Of a stretch of 64,000 nucleotides of DNA, positions 61,626-64,000 are shown piece by piece. The notes below the pieces were generated by a model that made no database searches, was not told the DNA's origin, and saw nothing but the letters and a program-made list of their open reading frames with translations. Origin of the DNA: an uncultured Lachnospiraceae bacterium (GTDB lineage: Bacteria; Bacillota; Clostridia; Lachnospirales; Lachnospiraceae); NCBI GenBank assembly GCA_944377405.1, contig CALWES010000005.1, forward strand, positions 78,901 to 142,900, given 5' to 3'. Position numbers and translations under genes: made by a program. The number at the start of each line of letters is the position of its first letter. The first letter of the stretch is position 1.

Positions 61626-62686
61626 AAAAGATCATACTGACAGGGGGAGGTACGGCAGGGCATGTGACCCCAAACCTGGCCCTTGTACCGAAGCTTCAGG
61701 AAGAAGGCTTCGAGATCCTTTACATCGGATCCAAAAAGGGGATCGAAAAGGAGCTTGTGGAAAAGGAGGGGATCCCCTACCGGGGGATCTCCTCAGGAAA
61801 GCTCAGAAGATACTTTGACCTGAAAAACTTCACGGATCCCTTCCGGGTCCTGGCAGGCTATTTTCAGGCAAGAAGGATCATTGGAAAGTACCGGCCGGAC
61901 GTGATATTTTCAAAGGGAGGATTTGTGGCGGTGCCGGTGGTGCTGGCGGCAAGACATAAGCATGTGCCGGTGATCGCCCATGAGTCGGACATGACCCCGG
62001 GCCTTGCCAACAGACTATCCATGTCCTCCTGCACGAAGATCTGCTGCAACTTCCCGGAGACCCTCAGATACCTGCCCAAGGAGAAGGCGGTCCTGACAGG
62101 CTCCCCCATCCGGGAGGAGATCCTTAAGGGATCAAGGGAGGCGGGCCTTGCTTATGCGGGCTTTGACGGAAAAAAGCCGGTGCTCCTTGTGATCGGCGGC
62201 TCCCTGGGCTCCGTAAAGGTGAACCAGGCAGTGCGTTCCGTGCTGCCGAAGCTTCTGGAGCAGTTCGACCTGATCCATATCTGCGGAAAAGGCAACTTGG
62301 ATGAGAGCCTTTCCGGAAGGGCTGGCTATGTGCAGTATGAGTATGTGAGGGAGCCCCTTAAGGACCTCTTTGCGGCGGCGGACCTCATGATCTCAAGGGC
62401 GGGGGCCAACGCCATCTGTGAGCTTCTGGCCCTCAGAAAGCCCAATCTCCTGATCCCCCTGGGATCGGCGGCAAGCCGGGGAGACCAGATCCTGAACGCC
62501 AGATCCTTTGAGAAACAGGGCTTTTCCGAAGTGCTTCCCGAGGATGAGCTTGGGGACGAGACTCTCCTTTCCGCAGTGGAAAAGCTCTGGAAGGGACGGG
62601 AGGGCTACATTGCAGCCATGGAAAAGAGCACCCAGGCCAACGGCGTGGACCGGATCGTGGCCCTCATCAATGAAGCGACGGATTGA
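61622..62686 (+). CDS. murG: UDP-GlcNAc:lipid I N-acetylglucosaminyltransferase MurG
   Basis: [16 protein letters not shown]-loop and a GT28 C-terminal domain (GGSLGS...RAGA....E). Overlaps the metK stop (ATGA). Confidence 0.9.
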   Translation: MKKIILTGGGTAGHVTPNLALVPKLQEEGFEILYIGSKKGIEKELVEKEGIPYRGISSGKLRRYFDLKNFTDPFRVLAGYFQARRIIGKYRPDVIFSKGGFVAVPVVLAARHKHVPVIAHESDMTPGLANRLSMSSCTKICCNFPETLRYLPKEKAVLTGSPIREEILKGSREAGLAYAGFDGKKPVLLVIGGSLGSVKVNQAVRSVLPKLLEQFDLIHICGKGNLDESLSGRAGYVQYEYVREPLKDLFAAADLMISRAGANAICELLALRKPNLLIPLGSAASRGDQILNARSFEKQGFSEVLPEDELGDETLLSAVEKLWKGREGYIAAMEKSTQANGVDRIVALINEATD

Positions 62687-62751
62687 AATTCCGGTGGCAT
62701 TCTTTCCCATTTCGCGGTAAAATAGGGGAAAAGAAAGCAGGAGGGACGGGT

Positions 62752-63384
62752 ATGGCAGAGAATTATACCATCGTGATACAAAGAGAATTCGGCTCCGACG
62801 GGCGGGCCATCGCCCGGAAGGTGGCAGACACCCTGGGCATCCGCTTCTACGACAGGGATATCGTGGAGCAGGTGGCCAAGACCCTGAATCTTCCGGTATC
62901 CACCATCAGCGACGAGGAAGAAAAGGCGGAAGGGGGAAAGCTCAACTACCTGATGCATAAATTTCCTCTGGGAACGGATAACAGCTATATGCAGGACATG
63001 ATCTTTTCCGTTCAGAAGGACATCATCCTGAAGGTGGCGGAGGAGGAGAACTGCATCATCGTGGGACGCTGTGCGGATTACCTTCTGCGGAACCGGAAGA
63101 ACAACCTGAACATCTATATCTATGCCCCCTATGCCTACCGGCTCAACGTGCTGGTGAACGAGCACGGCATGACCACCGACGAGGCCAAGCACATGATCCT
63201 GTCCGTGGATAAGGCAAGGAACAACTACCACAAGAAGTATGCGGGCTACTATGCCAACGACGAGCACTACCAGGATCTGATGATCAATGCCTCCATGCTT
63301 CCAAAGGATGATATCGCGGACCTGATCGTCAATGTAGCAAAGCGGAAGTTCGGCATTCAGGAGCACCCCCACATCGTGATCTGA
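62752..63384 (+). CDS. Cytidylate kinase-like family protein
   Basis: IVIQREFGSDGRAIARKVADTLGIRFYDRDIV pattern typical of the Clostridial cytidylate-kinase-like (AAA_18-type) family. Confidence 0.7.
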   Translation: MAENYTIVIQREFGSDGRAIARKVADTLGIRFYDRDIVEQVAKTLNLPVSTISDEEEKAEGGKLNYLMHKFPLGTDNSYMQDMIFSVQKDIILKVAEEENCIIVGRCADYLLRNRKNNLNIYIYAPYAYRLNVLVNEHGMTTDEAKHMILSVDKARNNYHKKYAGYYANDEHYQDLMINASMLPKDDIADLIVNVAKRKFGIQEHPHIVI

Positions 63385-63404
63385 CCCGGGATCCGCCGGA
63401 AGAC

Positions 63405-63433
63405 TTGACAAAATCATAAAAATAGTTTATAGT
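63405..63433 (+). promoter_or_regulatory. Near-consensus sigma-A promoter
   Basis: TTGACA, 17 nt spacer, TATAGT. Confidence 0.6.
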
Positions 63434-63466
63434 ATCATGCAATAGCATAAATTTTGGCAATGAGCA

Positions 63467-63503
63467 ACGGAGCTCCCTTCAATGGGGAAGCTCCGTTTTC
63501 TGT
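63467..63503 (+). terminator. Rho-independent terminator about 30 nt downstream of the predicted TSS
   Basis: ACGGAGCTCCC-TTCAAT-GGGGAAGCTCCGT hairpin followed by TTTTCTGTT. Confidence 0.8.
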
Positions 63504-63545
63504 TAGAAAAATTTTTGAACAGCAGCAAAAAAGAGAGGGATTGCT

Positions 63546-64000
63546 ATGGCAGATATGGTAAAGGTGGAAAATCTCTGTAAGAACTTCGGAGACTTTGAAG
63601 CACTGAAGAATATCAACCTGACGGTACGGGAAGGAGAAAAGCTGGTTATCATCGGGCCCTCCGGGTCCGGAAAGTCCACCCTGATCCGCTGTATCAACTA
63701 TCTGGAGGAGCCCACCAGCGGGAAGATCTTCATCGGAGGCCAGGAGGTGACCCGGAAAAACCACCGGGAGATGGCAAAGAAATACTCCGCCATGGTCTTC
63801 CAGCAGTTCAACCTGTATCCCCACCTGACGGTGATGGAGAACCTGACCCTGGCTCCCATGAAGCTTCAGCACGTACCGAAGAAGGAAGCCGAGGAGGAGG
63901 CCATGCGGTGCTTAAAGCGGGTAGGCCTGGAGGAAAAGGCAAAGGTGTACCCCAATCAGCTTTCCGGCGGACAGCAGCAGCGGGTAGCCATCGCCAGGGC
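63546..64000 (+). CDS. Polar amino-acid ABC transporter ATP-binding protein (GlnQ-like), 3'-truncated by the window
   Basis: MADMVKVENLCKNFGDFEALKNINL..., Walker A GPSGSGKST, Q-loop MVFQQFNLYPH, signature LSGGQQQRVAIAR. Runs off the window end. Confidence 0.88.
   Translation, partial: MADMVKVENLCKNFGDFEALKNINLTVREGEKLVIIGPSGSGKSTLIRCINYLEEPTSGKIFIGGQEVTRKNHREMAKKYSAMVFQQFNLYPHLTVMENLTLAPMKLQHVPKKEAEEEAMRCLKRVGLEEKAKVYPNQLSGGQQQRVAIAR

Noticed and set aside
1-64000. Scan for CRISPR arrays, transposases, integrases, restriction-modification, toxin-antitoxin or other defence systems, and for tRNA/rRNA genes
   Set aside because: I found no regularly spaced repeats, no recombinase or nuclease signatures outside the housekeeping genes (mutS2, recD2), and no tRNA-like T-loop/acceptor patterns in any intergenic gap.

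Overview
This is a high-GC Clostridia-type (Firmicutes) chromosomal segment, densely coded and mostly on the + strand. I saw no rRNA, tRNA, CRISPR array, transposase, integrase or recognisable defence genes.

Gene content in order:
- hydF, ftsH, mutS2, an orphan OmpR-type regulator and a thiamine-pyrophosphokinase-like gene
- proS, class-3 fbp (-), cca, ridA, a phosphohexomutase and an acyltransferase-3
- mreB, recD2 and comFC
- The rpmG-secE-nusG-rplKAJL ribosomal cluster. rpmG is absent from the ORF track. An L10 leader lies between rplA and rplJ.
- A PepSY protein, then a small thioredoxin-fold gene interrupted by an in-frame TGA
- A phnDCEE-like ABC importer with a cytoplasmic 5'-nucleotidase
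- PucR regulator (-), then a Zn secondary-alcohol dehydrogenase with a COG0523 GTPase
- An NlpC/P60 peptidase and a radical-SAM protein
- A YesN/LytS/binding-protein sugar-sensing module, convergent with an mglBAC-like transporter (-)
- Ferritin (-)
- A ~14 kb run of tightly packed + strand genes: polytopic membrane protein, rfbC, wzm-like permease, plsC, ppx, ppk1, a two-component system, an 830-aa envelope protein and an ABC-2 exporter
- A SAM-I riboswitch with metK, then murG, a cytidylate-kinase-like gene and a partial amino-acid ABC ATPase

Most interesting observations:
1. A candidate selenocysteine (UxxC) thioredoxin-fold protein with a SECIS-like hairpin.
2. An MglB homologue that looks circularly permuted.
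3. An MglC permease with a ~220-aa coiled-coil N-terminal extension.
4. Polyphosphate genes translationally coupled to a two-component system, a large GldG-like envelope protein and an ABC-2 exporter.
5. A consensus promoter followed by a terminator, which implies a ~60-nt RNA or attenuator.

All product calls rest on motif and family recognition by eye. No searches were run.
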